A DNA stretch of 62,450 nucleotides, the filler included. It is 5 parts of 5 records of this genome, joined end to end, with 100 filler letters (N's around TTAATTAATTAA, not from the genome) between each part and the next. Parts side by side here need not be neighbours in the genome. Positions count along the whole stretch, not along the records: positions 1 to 27,631 come from SRR31156797_13563; positions 27,732 to 40,744 come from SRR31156797_13573; 3 more parts are not named here. One strand, given 5' to 3'. The notes under the pieces are model-generated. The model did not search any database, was not told where the DNA came from, and saw nothing but the letters and a program-made list of their open reading frames with translations. The translations under genes were made by a program, and so were the position numbers. How positions within the stretch are numbered: position 1 is the first letter of the stretch; every line of letters starts with the position of its first letter. This document shows positions 20,801 to 29,125 of this stretch, piece after piece.

Positions 20801-20920
20801 AACCTGTACATTCGTTACATTTTTAAATTTGGGAGTTTGTGCCTGAACGGAAACACAAACCGCAAAACCTAAAAGTAACGAAGCCATAAACTTTTTAACG
20901 TGTAAATTTCTAAGTTTCAT
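14885..20920 (-). CDS. Multi-domain secreted phosphatase: choice-of-anchor I + phytase-like + metallophosphoesterase + 5'-nucleotidase + T9SS CTD
   Basis: ANEGEP/LQENNA/RSDDKGIEPE; GGFSGL/DRGPN/NRGFEG/NDNDFG; DLH/GDLT/GNHD/GHSH; GDNF/GNHDFD/ETNLGNLVADA; VYPVPA. Confidence 0.85.
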   Translation of the reverse strand: MKLRNLHVKKFMASLLLGFAVCVSVQAQTPKFKNVTNVQVGEESAAEIVAYNKNTQTLWVLNDPNSTVDAYDFSNPSKPILKYLFDYSEMGGGATSVAAYGDYVAVAITAEVKQDNGTVVVLNASDASVLKEYEAGALPDMLTFSKDGNYIVVANEGEPNDDYDNDPEGSVTVIDISSGLETATVSTADFTLHNDKQAYLRGIGVRIQDNAGQTVAQDLEPEYVAISTDNTTAYVTLQENNAVAKVDLASATVTDILPLGHKDFSKGQPELETFVLNEASNWPSLGTPNYGTETPTVMLGGFSGLCYDQHNSTESVSVFWAVPDRGPNDGLVKGVEGAAGNLRPYKLPSYQARMVKFSLNHTTGVISFDPDDQVLMYAKNGSTPITGKGNVEGMDEVPVTYLDSETGADYTVDGTYYQELTYDPYGGDFEGIIRDADGNFWMCDENRPSIFKFAANGTLIERYVPDGVSSLGTTVQTEGYYGAETLPANYNNRRANRGFEGIAYDEENGIVYGFIQSAMYNPSSAAKSSDVIRILGISATDGTPVSEYIYLLERNANMGTAESAVDKIGDACYVGDGRLVVIERDSKGLGDQGSKKYIYEIDLLGATNLLDEVNTTQDIRDLARLAEGTTLELMTADEIVTAGIQPVYKRKVLNLPSIGYLPSDKAEGLALLPTGQLAVINDNDFGLAGAGQTDNTVLGLISFNDDNKISPSDKVDEITFSHQPVLGTYMPDAIASYNYNGMDYFVIANEGDGREYGDFEDEARIKDLTLNADRFPDAETLQENENIGRLKSTLSPTWDDLDGDGEMDNLFVMGARSFSIYDEFGNQVYDSGSDLTMKTIMNSPQGKEDLLSRSDDKGIEPEALTLGVVDGKTLAFIGLERLNAIAVYDVTDPMDVEFVQYLNDHDYFTGEGNTSPEGFSFISAEDSPTNEPLFIAGYEVSGSVGVYSELDVEENAKFMVIADLHLMAPSLLVNDGEAFQTYLAQDRKMLAESDEILDEMTANILAESPDYVLVPGDLTKDGAYVSHQGVAAMFATLEANGIEVFVTPGNHDINNPHAVEFDGATTNAVAYTSPSEFTTLYANYGYADADESDANSLSFVEKFDGATDYWILSIDACHYDNNIADDYPETAGSIKAATLTWIESVLADAETAGKEVIAIMHHGILEHYNYHGDFFADYMVEDWENVSEQLADAGLKVVFTGHSHAQDITKKVTKNGNVITDVQTGSLVTYPSPYRVVEICDNGSLIIEGGKLEEVEGVSDDFQNYALTYLNKGFPDLVKYMLMGAPLYISEEVAETLKMPFTRAYVAHYGGDEQFIPSDDQDMIEAMYASGDMGAIQLAAVMQSMWTDLAANDWYTTIDFNEQYNKAWDLTIFHNNDGESKLLGVEDETEGLFGTVAAFKAKLDALKSELENESVTLSSGDNFLAGPQFAVGLENEDGIYDALAMSQIGYDAICLGNHDFDFGPDVLAQFISDFSEETPFLSSNLDFTNEANLQALADEGRIAPYTIIEKGGVQVGVVGATTPSLDYISSPRNTIINDDVAATIQASVNALTAEGINKIVVISHLQDIEEEKALVASLTNVDVVIAGGGDELLGEEGVETFPGDGDFYDVYPITVQDSEGNNVYVVTTPGEYKYVGKLDLDFDENGVVTAISDESGLYVVKPENDGFNASLRVNAEEPVQDALDEMASNVVANSEVALDGTRTSIRAIETNLGNLVADAMLWQANQLHTDFGVDAADIGLVGGGGIRNNTVIPAGPISELNTFEILPFSNFVAVVEDVTPADLKEVLENSVSAMEGGLNSGSGRFLQVAGIDIVWDTEATSIEYDGDGNVINGNAGERIWTATLADGTPIVVDGVVSATAPNVNIALPDFTARGGDQFNFGTDKSFTTLGVTYQQALYNYLVEGVSGAITAVAYPEDGEDRIVRKDISNAVGEIEGSENVKVYPVPAVDYINFELKSTGSLVVTNMKGAVVLQQSMEAGVNNVNISELASGVYVYSITTENAIYKDIFVIK

Positions 20921-21127
20921 GTGTCTAATGTTAGTTTTAATGTAAACAGAAGCAGTCTTACCCTACCTGTGCAACCAGGTCGCTTTTAGCTTGCTTCTAC
21001 TTTAGAAGTATTGTTATTTAAACTGATGACAATAACCTTCTTTGATTTTACATTAAAATGTACCAGACACTAGCTTTTTGTTAAAAAGGGAAAGTTGTAT
21101 AAGAAAAGTAAATTTATTGTACTAGCT

Positions 21128-21160
21128 AAAAATAAGGGAGTTGAAAAAAGTCAACTCCCT
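21128..21160 (-). terminator. Intrinsic terminator downstream of pepD
   Basis: AGGGAGTTGA/TCAACTCCCT stem followed by TATTTTT on the minus strand. Confidence 0.75.
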
Positions 21161-21232
21161 CTCTGTTATTTTATTATTTAATATTTTTAAAATATGCATT
21201 AACTGGTCTAATATTCCATTTAATTTAAAACA

Positions 21233-22693
21233 TTAGTTCTTTTCTGGAATTCTTTTTAAGATTTCGAGCAAATGCAACCAAAACTTACTTACTGTACTTA
21301 TTTGAATTCTTTCATCCGGTGAATGAGCTCCTCTAATGGTTGGTCCAAATGAAATCATATCTAAATCGGGGTATTTTTCCAGAAACAAGCCACATTCTAA
21401 ACCAGCATGAATAGCTCTAACAATAGGTTCTTCTTCAAATAATTCTACGTAAGTTTCTTGTGTAATTTGCAAAATTTCAGAATCGGTATTGGGTTCCCAT
21501 CCGGGATAACCCTCTCCGTGTTTTACTTCAGCCCCGGCTAATTCAAATACACTGCGAACCATTGCGGCTATATTTTCTTTTGCAGATTCGATAGAACTAC
21601 GCTGACTGGTCGTTACAATTAAATTACCATCTACCTCTTTGATGGCAGCCAGATTAGTAGAAGTTTCCACCAATCCCTCTATATTTTGACTCATGGCCAT
21701 TACGCCATGTGGACATGCATAAATAGCATTTAGTAATGCATTCTGAAAATCTTTGGTATAAACCATTTCCGGAACATCACAAGATTCCAGATGCATTCTT
21801 AGACCAGGCTCTGTTACTTCTAACTCATTGCATATTTCATCATAAAACACATTAAAATCTACCCTAATCGGTTCTTTCATCGTTTTTGGAACCAAGGCAA
21901 TAGCCCTTGCTTCCCGAGCAATTGCATTTCTTAAATTACCTCCGGAAATAGCATGCAATCGCAAATCAAACTTTCGGGTTGCATGCCACAAAAATCGATT
22001 AATAATTTTATTTGCATTTCCCAATCCTTTATGAATATCATCTCCGGAATGTCCTCCTTTTAATCCTGAAATATTGATTTCAAAGGCAAAATATCCTTCA
22101 GGAGTGGCTTCTGTCTGAATTTCAAAAGTAGCTACCGTATCAATACCTCCTGCGCAACCAATAAACAATTCTCCATCATCCTCCGAATCCAGATTTAATA
22201 GAATTTTACTTTCGAAAAATCCAGGTTTTAAATGATATGCGCCAGTCAAACCAGTTTCTTCATCCACCGTAAACAGGCATTCTATTTTACCATGCTTAAT
22301 ATCAGAACTCGCTAATAAAGCCATTTGCGCAGCCACTCCTATTCCATCATCTGCTCCCAGGGTTGTTCCTTTGGCTTTCACACAATCTTCCTCCACAATT
22401 GGTACAATCGGATCTTTTTCGAAGTTATGCTTAACATGAGCATGTTTTTCGCATACCATATCTACATGAGACTGCAATAATACAGATTGCAAATTTCCGC
22501 ACCCGGAAGAAGACTGCTTTACAATTAGCAAATTACCTATTTCGTCCTGATGATATTCTAAATCATGTTCCTGAGCAAAAGCCACAAGAAATTCCATTAT
22601 TTTCTCTTCCTTCTTTGATGGACGCGGCACCTGGCATATCTGCTCAAAGTAATTCCATACCGTTGAAGGTTCTAGCTGTTTTAATAAAGTCAT
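21233..22693 (-). CDS. pepD: Aminoacyl-histidine dipeptidase (M20C)
   Basis: LQSHVDMVCEK, TTLGADDGIG, DEETGLTGA, GGHSG, IHAGLECG. Confidence 0.95.
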   Translation of the reverse strand: MTLLKQLEPSTVWNYFEQICQVPRPSKKEEKIMEFLVAFAQEHDLEYHQDEIGNLLIVKQSSSGCGNLQSVLLQSHVDMVCEKHAHVKHNFEKDPIVPIVEEDCVKAKGTTLGADDGIGVAAQMALLASSDIKHGKIECLFTVDEETGLTGAYHLKPGFFESKILLNLDSEDDGELFIGCAGGIDTVATFEIQTEATPEGYFAFEINISGLKGGHSGDDIHKGLGNANKIINRFLWHATRKFDLRLHAISGGNLRNAIAREARAIALVPKTMKEPIRVDFNVFYDEICNELEVTEPGLRMHLESCDVPEMVYTKDFQNALLNAIYACPHGVMAMSQNIEGLVETSTNLAAIKEVDGNLIVTTSQRSSIESAKENIAAMVRSVFELAGAEVKHGEGYPGWEPNTDSEILQITQETYVELFEEEPIVRAIHAGLECGLFLEKYPDLDMISFGPTIRGAHSPDERIQISTVSKFWLHLLEILKRIPEKN

Positions 22694-22729
22694 TGATTTA
22701 TATTTTTTAAGCTTATCCTTTATACACCA

Positions 22730-22737
22730 CAAATTTA
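22730..22737 (-). promoter_or_regulatory. Bacteroidota -7 promoter element TAAATTTG
   Basis: TAnnTTTG about 37 nt upstream of the pepD ATG. Confidence 0.5.
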
Positions 22738-22790
22738 TGTGTATGGCAGCTAAAACTAGTTAAGCTTTCTTTTATTTTAAATGAAGATTA

Positions 22791-23651
22791 TCATTTAAAC
22801 AATTTCAGGAATTCCCGAATTTCTTCCTTCTTGTATTCATTCCCCTGATTTTCATAGGCGTAAGAAAGGTTAAACAACACCCTTTTAATAATATCCAGGT
22901 TTGAACAAGGAGCAAAGTATGATTTTTGTTTTTCGAGCTTTTGTTGTTTTATAAAATACTCAATTTCTTTTCGTCCAAGTATAGCCCCTTTATTAACCGG
23001 ATTAATGTAAAACATCACATTATCTTCATTGTCGTCGCCAATGCGGATATTATCATCCATATAACACAAAATAAAGTTTTTAGGAAGATTTACACCATAT
23101 ATTGGTAAACCAAGTCGCTGTGCAATTACAGAATACAAAATGGACAAGGTAATAGGATTTCCTTTTTTAGAATCGATTACCTCGTTGATATAGGAATTTT
23201 GAGGAGCAAAGAAATTGGAACTATTTCGGATATATTTATGAATATCAAACATGATATGGTTGATAATTCTTACTTTTTCCAATGAGGTTAGGTGATCATT
23301 TAATTCAAGCCAAACATCCCTTCGTAATAGATTAACCTTCTCGTTTATTTCTTCATAATTTAAATCCGGGTATTGATATTTAGCCACTAAAAAAGCACCA
23401 TAAAATAATTCCTTTCCTCCTTCATTTATCCATTTAGCCATAGAGCTTTTAACGTCTTTCACCTGAAGGGTATGAATTATATTTTCAACTCTTTTTTGAA
23501 AAATGTCATTACAGGAAATTTCCCAGGCTTTTTCTAATTCTCCTACTACTTCAATCTCTTCTTTAAGCAGTTCTTCCTCTACCGAATTGAAAACCGTTTC
23601 ATTGGGATCATCCAATAAGGATATTAATGCGTGTACTTTTGTTTTATCCAT
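22791..23651 (-). CDS. SirB1/transglutaminase-like (Transglut_core2) protein
   Basis: LISLLDDP, KKGNPITLSILY, GVNLPKNFIL, FYINPVNKG. Confidence 0.85.
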   Translation of the reverse strand: MDKTKVHALISLLDDPNETVFNSVEEELLKEEIEVVGELEKAWEISCNDIFQKRVENIIHTLQVKDVKSSMAKWINEGGKELFYGAFLVAKYQYPDLNYEEINEKVNLLRRDVWLELNDHLTSLEKVRIINHIMFDIHKYIRNSSNFFAPQNSYINEVIDSKKGNPITLSILYSVIAQRLGLPIYGVNLPKNFILCYMDDNIRIGDDNEDNVMFYINPVNKGAILGRKEIEYFIKQQKLEKQKSYFAPCSNLDIIKRVLFNLSYAYENQGNEYKKEEIREFLKLFK

Positions 23652-23663
23652 GGCTCTGGTTTT

Positions 23664-24542
23664 TTATTCAACCATACTATCCAGCACCTTTTTAATTAAC
23701 CCTTTTATCACAGGCTTATAATCTTTACTATATTCTCCAGCTTTTCTATTGGCAATAATGGCACATACAGTCGCGGCATTATGTCCTAATAATTTTGCTA
23801 AACCATAAATGGCCGAGCATTCCATTTCGTAATTTGTAATCCTGTGGTAACTATGCCTAAATTTACTGATTTTTTCATTAATATCCATATCCTGAATTCC
23901 CAGTCGAATTACCCTACCCTGTGGACCATAAAACCCCGGAGCAGAAATGGTAACGCCTTCTTCAAAACCATTTGCACTTAATTTACCAATTAAATCTAAT
24001 GAAGCATCTACCACATAAGGAGAAGTTAATAGTGGATTCCAATTTAAAAATTGCTTTAAATGATGTTCAAATTCTAAATCAACCACGCGGTTTCTGTTAT
24101 CGTAAAAATTAAGCAAACCATCGAATCCAATAGCTTTACGGCTTAAGAGACAACTATCAACAGCTAAATCTTCCTGTAGCGAACCGGATGTTCCAATACG
24201 AACCAGATTAAGGCTTATAAGGTCGGGCTTTACGGTACGTGTTTCAAAATCAATATTCACAAGCGCATCCAACTCATTCATTACAATATCAATGTTGTCA
24301 GTACCAATTCCCGTAGCAACCACTGAAAACCGATTACCCTTGTACTTCCCCGTTGCACTTACAAACTCACGATTACTTTTCTCCACTTCAATTTCATCAA
24401 AAAAAGAAGCTACTACTTTAACACGTCCGGGATCACCAACTAAAATGATATTCTCAGCAATTTCTCCCGGTTTTAAATGCAAATGAAAGATACTTCCATC
24501 GCTGTTAATAATTAACTCCGATTCTTCAATTCTTCTGCTCAT
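23664..24542 (-). CDS. Nucleoside (uridine-type) phosphorylase
   Basis: GDPGRV, RIGTSGSLQ, GFYGPQGR, NYEMECSA; alternative start at 24554. Confidence 0.9.
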   Translation of the reverse strand: MSRRIEESELIINSDGSIFHLHLKPGEIAENIILVGDPGRVKVVASFFDEIEVEKSNREFVSATGKYKGNRFSVVATGIGTDNIDIVMNELDALVNIDFETRTVKPDLISLNLVRIGTSGSLQEDLAVDSCLLSRKAIGFDGLLNFYDNRNRVVDLEFEHHLKQFLNWNPLLTSPYVVDASLDLIGKLSANGFEEGVTISAPGFYGPQGRVIRLGIQDMDINEKISKFRHSYHRITNYEMECSAIYGLAKLLGHNAATVCAIIANRKAGEYSKDYKPVIKGLIKKVLDSMVE

Positions 24543-24719
24543 AGTACTTTTCATATAGTTTAATGCCTGACAAGGTAATTTATTTTTGTTAACCTCCCCT
24601 GTCAAAATCGTAAAAAATATGATTCCAATTCATCAATCGTGTGGATTAATTCGGGTTTATTTTTCAATAGAGATAAACACTATATTCCAAATCATGCCCT
24701 TTGCTTACAATATTCTTGC

Positions 24720-24727
24720 TATTTTTG
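24720..24727 (+). promoter_or_regulatory. Bacteroidota -7 promoter element TATTTTTG
   Basis: TAnnTTTG 15 nt upstream of the DUF4293 ATG. Confidence 0.5.
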
Positions 24728-24742
24728 GCAAAAATTTAAAGT

Positions 24743-25204
24743 ATGATACAAAGAATTCAGACCGTTTATTTATTAATAGCATTGGCATTTGGGGTATCCA
24801 TGTTTTTTGCACCTCAAATTACTTTTTTAGCAGATTTGGAATACATTTTATCATTTAAAGGTATTCATGCCAAAGAGGCTACAGAAACTACCAAAGAAAT
24901 ACCTACACTTGCATTAAGTATTTTATTGGCCTTAACGCCATTGGTAACTTTAGTAAGTATTTTATTGTTTAAAAAACGAATGATCCAAATCAGACTTTGC
25001 GCCGCTAACATTGGTTTGTTAATTGGAACCACTGCGCTTATTTATTATTTTGGAACAGTAGGTACAAAAGAATTAGCTGCAAGTAATATGAGTTACAACG
25101 TGACAACCATATTTCCTATTGCCGGAGCTATTCTACACTTTTTAGCCCTTAGAGCTATTGGTAAAGATGAAGCATTGGTAAGATCAATGGATAGAATCAG
25201 ATAA
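24743..25204 (+). CDS. DUF4293 family membrane protein
   Basis: MIQRIQTVYL start, FKKRMIQIRL, KDEALVRSMDRIR end. Confidence 0.9.
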   Translation: MIQRIQTVYLLIALAFGVSMFFAPQITFLADLEYILSFKGIHAKEATETTKEIPTLALSILLALTPLVTLVSILLFKKRMIQIRLCAANIGLLIGTTALIYYFGTVGTKELAASNMSYNVTTIFPIAGAILHFLALRAIGKDEALVRSMDRIR

Positions 25205-25227
25205 ATACATCAATTTAAAATATTTTT

Positions 25228-25263
25228 AAAAAGCATCATTGAAAATTCAATGGTGCTTTTTTT
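25228..25263. terminator. Bidirectional intrinsic terminator
   Basis: AAAAGCATCATTGAA/TTCAATGGTGCTTTT with A- and T-runs on either side. Confidence 0.75.
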
Positions 25264-25522
25264 AGTCCCAAACAAAACGCCAGCAGCCATCTTCCTGTCG
25301 TTTCCAAACCGTATGAAATACGCCTGTTGAAGAATTGATTTCTCCATCCTCTTCTTCCACACTATAGTTATATTTTCCATAGGTATAGGCCAGATCTCCA
25401 GATGAAGATACATCAACAAAATCAGGCTCCCAGGTTAAGGAGACTTTATTTGCGCTATCTCTCTTACTTTTAAATAATTCTTTTATTTCCGTTTTACCTT
25501 TAATCAGCTTATTTTCTCTCAG

Positions 25523-26170
25523 TAAAAATCCCCACCCAGAGGATGGGGCATTCTAATAACCCCTAGAAGGGGATAAATTGTCCTACGCCCCCAAAGGAGG
25601 CAGGACTTTTATTGTTCCCTTTCTATTATTATTTATTTTGATTCTTCTCTTTTCTCATTTTCTTCTTGATATTTGACATACTTCCTTATCATTTCCTCAT
25701 CCAAACCCACTGTATCAACACAATAACCTCGTGCCCAAAAATGATTTCCCCAATAGGGCTTTTGCTTCAATCTTTTATATTTATTCAACACTCTTATTGA
25801 TGTACGACCTTTTATCTCTCCTACAAAACTTGAAATGGAGACCTTAGGAGGTACGGAAACTAACAAGTGGACATGATCTTTCTGTACATTTAACTCTTCA
25901 ATTATTCCTCCTTGTCGTTCTACAAATTGATGCAAACATTGTTCTACTTCAAGTTTTATTTCATCTTCAAGAATTCTATATCTATATTTGGGTGTCCACA
26001 CTATGTGGTAATTACAATGCCACAACGTATGCGACAGTTTTTTAAATCGACTCATTTGCTATTATTTATTTAGTTGCAGGAACAACTCTATAAAAATAGC
26101 ATTGAGTCATTTTAAGGCATAGCCCAATGACTCTGACCACGCCCACAGGACGTGGTTTTCTTTATTAGAA
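25523..26170 (-). mobile_element. IS200/IS605-family insertion sequence, tnpA only, about 648 bp
   Basis: Ends defined by rejoining the host gene; TTTTA at both junctions (5-nt ambiguity); subterminal hairpins at 26136-26156 and 25530-25606; no terminal inverted repeats. Confidence 0.9.
25633..26055 (-). CDS. tnpA: Y1 HUH transposase
   Basis: YHIVWTPKYR, DHVH (HUH), FWARGY, IRKYVKYQ. Confidence 0.97.
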   Translation of the reverse strand: MSRFKKLSHTLWHCNYHIVWTPKYRYRILEDEIKLEVEQCLHQFVERQGGIIEELNVQKDHVHLLVSVPPKVSISSFVGEIKGRTSIRVLNKYKRLKQKPYWGNHFWARGYCVDTVGLDEEMIRKYVKYQEENEKREESK

Positions 26171-26509
26171 TAAAACGGCATCCTCAGCAGCATAGCTTAA
26201 AAATGCTTCCTCCACTCCTTTTTCTGCCACCAATGTCGCAAATTGCTTTTCTGTTTCCAGAATTTCATTCTTCCACTTTTTAATTTGCTCAAGTTCTTTG
26301 CATTCTTTTGTCATATAGTCTCTTTTTCCTTTTTTTTCCAGATCACATGCCACAAACAAAGTCAATATTATTCCAATTATCACAAACAATACAAGCTTTT
26401 GCAGAGATAGATTTTCTTTTCGCATAAATCATTTATTTATCTTGTGATTCCTGTGCTCTTTTCACCAACTCAGTTATAAATGTTATAACTCATGAGCTTG
26501 CAGATTACA

Positions 26510-27538
26510 CTAAAGCTTCAATTTTCGAATGATGTGATTATTAAATTCAACGAAATACAAGTGATTTTCAATTATACATAGCCCTCGAGGCATATTTAAT
26601 AAACTATTTAAAGGCGAATCTTCTGTAAAACCTTCTTTTCCAGCTCCGGCCAGCGTAATAACAATACCATTTTCATCAATCTTTCGAACACAATTATTGT
26701 AAGTGTCCGAAAAATACACTTCGAAATTCTCATCGACAAAAACCTCAGTAGGAACATTTAGCAATGATTCTCCGATCCTACCATCAACCAACCCTTTTTC
26801 TTTACCCACACCGGCAATGGTTGAAACATAGCCTTCGGGCGTAATTTTACGGATGCAATGATTATTGGCATCAGCAACATAAATATTATCATTTATATCG
26901 ATGGATAGTCCGCACGGAGCATCAAAACGCGCTGTTGTATCCCAACCATCTTTCCAATCGTTAATAACCAACTCGCCCCTTTTTCCTCCTCCGGCAAAAG
27001 TAGTGGTTGTTCCATCCGGATTAATTTTTCTGATACGATGATTCCAGCAATCAGCCACGAAAATATTTCCTTTTTTATCGACGCAAATACCCCTTGGCGA
27101 ACTAAACAAAGCCTGATCATTTGGTCCATCACGATAACCTTCTTCTCCGGTACCGGCAATAGTTGTCACTTGACCATCCACTGTAATTTTACGAATATTT
27201 TGTCCCCCAAAACCGGCAACATACATATCTCCTTTTTTATCGATAAAAACACCTGATGGTTCATTGAAAGTAGCATTATTTAAACTTCCATCCTTATCCC
27301 CCGCAAGTCCGGAACCAGCATAAACAGTTACTTCTCCTTGAGCATTGACTTTTTTTATACCGTTATTACCTGCATCGGCAACAAAAAGATTTCCCATTTT
27401 ATCTGCACACATTCCAAATGGCATGGCAAGTAAAGTACTATCCGATTTTCCTGCAATTACACTAAGTGCTTTTTCAGGTTTTGAACATGATGTAAATGCG
27501 ATAACGAATACAAAGGATAAGTAGCCAAGAATTTTCAT
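26510..27538 (-). CDS. NHL-repeat lipoprotein
   Basis: Lipobox FTSC; six P-x-G...D-x-x-N-x-x-IRKI repeats. Confidence 0.88.
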   Translation of the reverse strand: MKILGYLSFVFVIAFTSCSKPEKALSVIAGKSDSTLLAMPFGMCADKMGNLFVADAGNNGIKKVNAQGEVTVYAGSGLAGDKDGSLNNATFNEPSGVFIDKKGDMYVAGFGGQNIRKITVDGQVTTIAGTGEEGYRDGPNDQALFSSPRGICVDKKGNIFVADCWNHRIRKINPDGTTTTFAGGGKRGELVINDWKDGWDTTARFDAPCGLSIDINDNIYVADANNHCIRKITPEGYVSTIAGVGKEKGLVDGRIGESLLNVPTEVFVDENFEVYFSDTYNNCVRKIDENGIVITLAGAGKEGFTEDSPLNSLLNMPRGLCIIENHLYFVEFNNHIIRKLKL

Positions 27539-27631
27539 ACTATGTTATTTTACAAATTAAAAAATGAAAATACGATTTAACCCAGAATATGCATTAAAAA
27601 ATCTATTACATATTGAAACTGCTTCAAAACA

Positions 27632-27731
27632 NNNNNNNNNNNNNNNNNNNNNNNNNNNNNNNNNNNNNNNNNNNNTTAATTAATTAANNNNNNNNNNNNN
27701 NNNNNNNNNNNNNNNNNNNNNNNNNNNNNNN
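27632..27731. other. Artificial contig linker
   Basis: N44-TTAATTAATTAA-N44 (stops in six frames); GC content jumps across it. Confidence 0.99.
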
Positions 27732-27759
27732 ATTCCACCGCAACATGTTGCGGTGGAAT
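27732..27759. repeat. Perfect 28-bp palindrome at the contig end, probably a terminator stem
   Basis: ATTCCACCGCAACATGTTGCGGTGGAAT, 43 nt downstream of the cyuA stop. Confidence 0.6.
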
Positions 27760-27802
27760 CGCTTATCCATGGGGTTGGACGTATGGGGATATTGGAAGGG
27801 AA

Positions 27803-29080
27803 CTACTGTTTGGCGATCATGATGTCCAGGATCACCTTGTCGGTGCCGACCATGCCGAAGGAACCCAGGTTACCCAGGTTTTTGATGGCGGCTTCCAGAT
27901 TGCAGTCCAGAATGCCTTCAGAACCGGGAACACCGTTTTTCCTCATGGCAAGGTAGGCGGAATTGATGGCGGCCTCCACAGCGGCGGCGACTTTCAGGGC
28001 ACAGGATGATTTTGCCCCGTCGCAGATCATGCCGGTGATGCTGCCGATCATGTTTTTGATGGCGTACTCGATCTCCTCCAGGCCGCCGCCCAGGAGCATC
28101 ACGATGCCGCAGCCGGCGCCCGTGGCCGCCAGGATGGCGCCGCAAAGGGCGGAGAGCCGGCCAAGATAATGCTTCAAGTGGATCGCGGTCAAATGACTCA
28201 TGATCAGGGCCCGGGCCAGGTCTTCATCACTCTTTTTCAACCAGCGGGCATAGGCCACCACGGGCATGGTTGCCGTGATTCCCTGGTTGCCGCTGCCGGA
28301 ATTACTCATCACCGGCTTCATGATGCCGTCCATTCGCGCATCCGAGGCGGCGGCCGTAAGCCGGGTGGCGAACAGGGCCATATCGTCGGAGCGAAACCCG
28401 CTTTTGATATCTTCATCAATGGACCGGCCCACCTTCAGGCCGTATTCACCGGCCAGGCCCTCCTGGGCCACACTGTTGTTGAGGCGTGCGGCTTCCATGA
28501 TAAAGCTGATGGTGTCAAAGGGCGCATTCATGGCAAAATCGTAGATCGATTCCACCGTAAGGTTCCACGCCTCTTCCGTCTCGATATCATGGGGCCATGG
28601 ACAGCTGAACACTTCCCGGCCGTTTCGTTCCACACACACAATGGCGTTGTGTTCCTGGGCAATGATGCAGCGGGCGGAATCATCGCCCGCGGAGGCGATC
28701 GCCTCCGCATAGAGCAGCTCATCGGTATTGGCAAGCTCAACCTGAACCTGGCCGTAATCGAGCATTTTTTTCCCTTGTTCCACGGCCTCGGCGGTCAAGT
28801 CCCTGAGCACTTCAAGGCCCAGCTCGGATTTTCCGCAGATCGCACCCACGGCAGCGGCAATGGGAAGACCGGCCATGCCCGTGCCGGGCACGGCAACCCC
28901 CATTCCGTTCTTCAAGAGATTGCTGCTCACCCGTGCGGTCACTTTTTCCGGGGTTTTACCAAGGGCCTCAGCGGCCCGGGCAGCTGCCAGGGCCACCGTA
29001 ATGGGTTCCGTACACCCCAGTGCGGGTACGACTTCCCGATTAATCAGATTGATATATTCCAACCATTCCGTTTTATGCAT
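27803..29080 (-). CDS. cyuA: L-cysteine desulfidase CyuA/YhaM family (serine dehydratase alpha-like)
   Basis: PALGCTEP, SNSGSGNQG, LSALCG, GMICDGAKSSCALK. Confidence 0.88.
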   Translation of the reverse strand: MHKTEWLEYINLINREVVPALGCTEPITVALAAARAAEALGKTPEKVTARVSSNLLKNGMGVAVPGTGMAGLPIAAAVGAICGKSELGLEVLRDLTAEAVEQGKKMLDYGQVQVELANTDELLYAEAIASAGDDSARCIIAQEHNAIVCVERNGREVFSCPWPHDIETEEAWNLTVESIYDFAMNAPFDTISFIMEAARLNNSVAQEGLAGEYGLKVGRSIDEDIKSGFRSDDMALFATRLTAAASDARMDGIMKPVMSNSGSGNQGITATMPVVAYARWLKKSDEDLARALIMSHLTAIHLKHYLGRLSALCGAILAATGAGCGIVMLLGGGLEEIEYAIKNMIGSITGMICDGAKSSCALKVAAAVEAAINSAYLAMRKNGVPGSEGILDCNLEAAIKNLGNLGSFGMVGTDKVILDIMIAKQ

Positions 29081-29125
29081 AACTGTTGTTCCTTATAGAT
29101 AAAGAGACGTGATACAGGGTCTCTT

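Larger units (their letters stand above)
25262..26425 (-). pseudogene. DUF4440/NTF2-like lipoprotein gene interrupted by an IS200-type element
   Basis: 5' part 26425-26171 (...AAEDAVL) joins in frame to 25522-25262 (LRENKLIKG...GDLAYTYG...TVWKRQEDGCWRFVWD*), giving 171 aa. Confidence 0.9.

Noticed and set aside
25210-25419. 69-aa minus-strand ORF
   Set aside because: Wrong frame of the 3' half of the IS-split DUF4440 gene
25523-25632. tnpB or omega-RNA in the IS right end
   Set aside because: Only about 110 nt follow tnpA, accounted for by three terminal hairpins; no TnpB/IscB ORF
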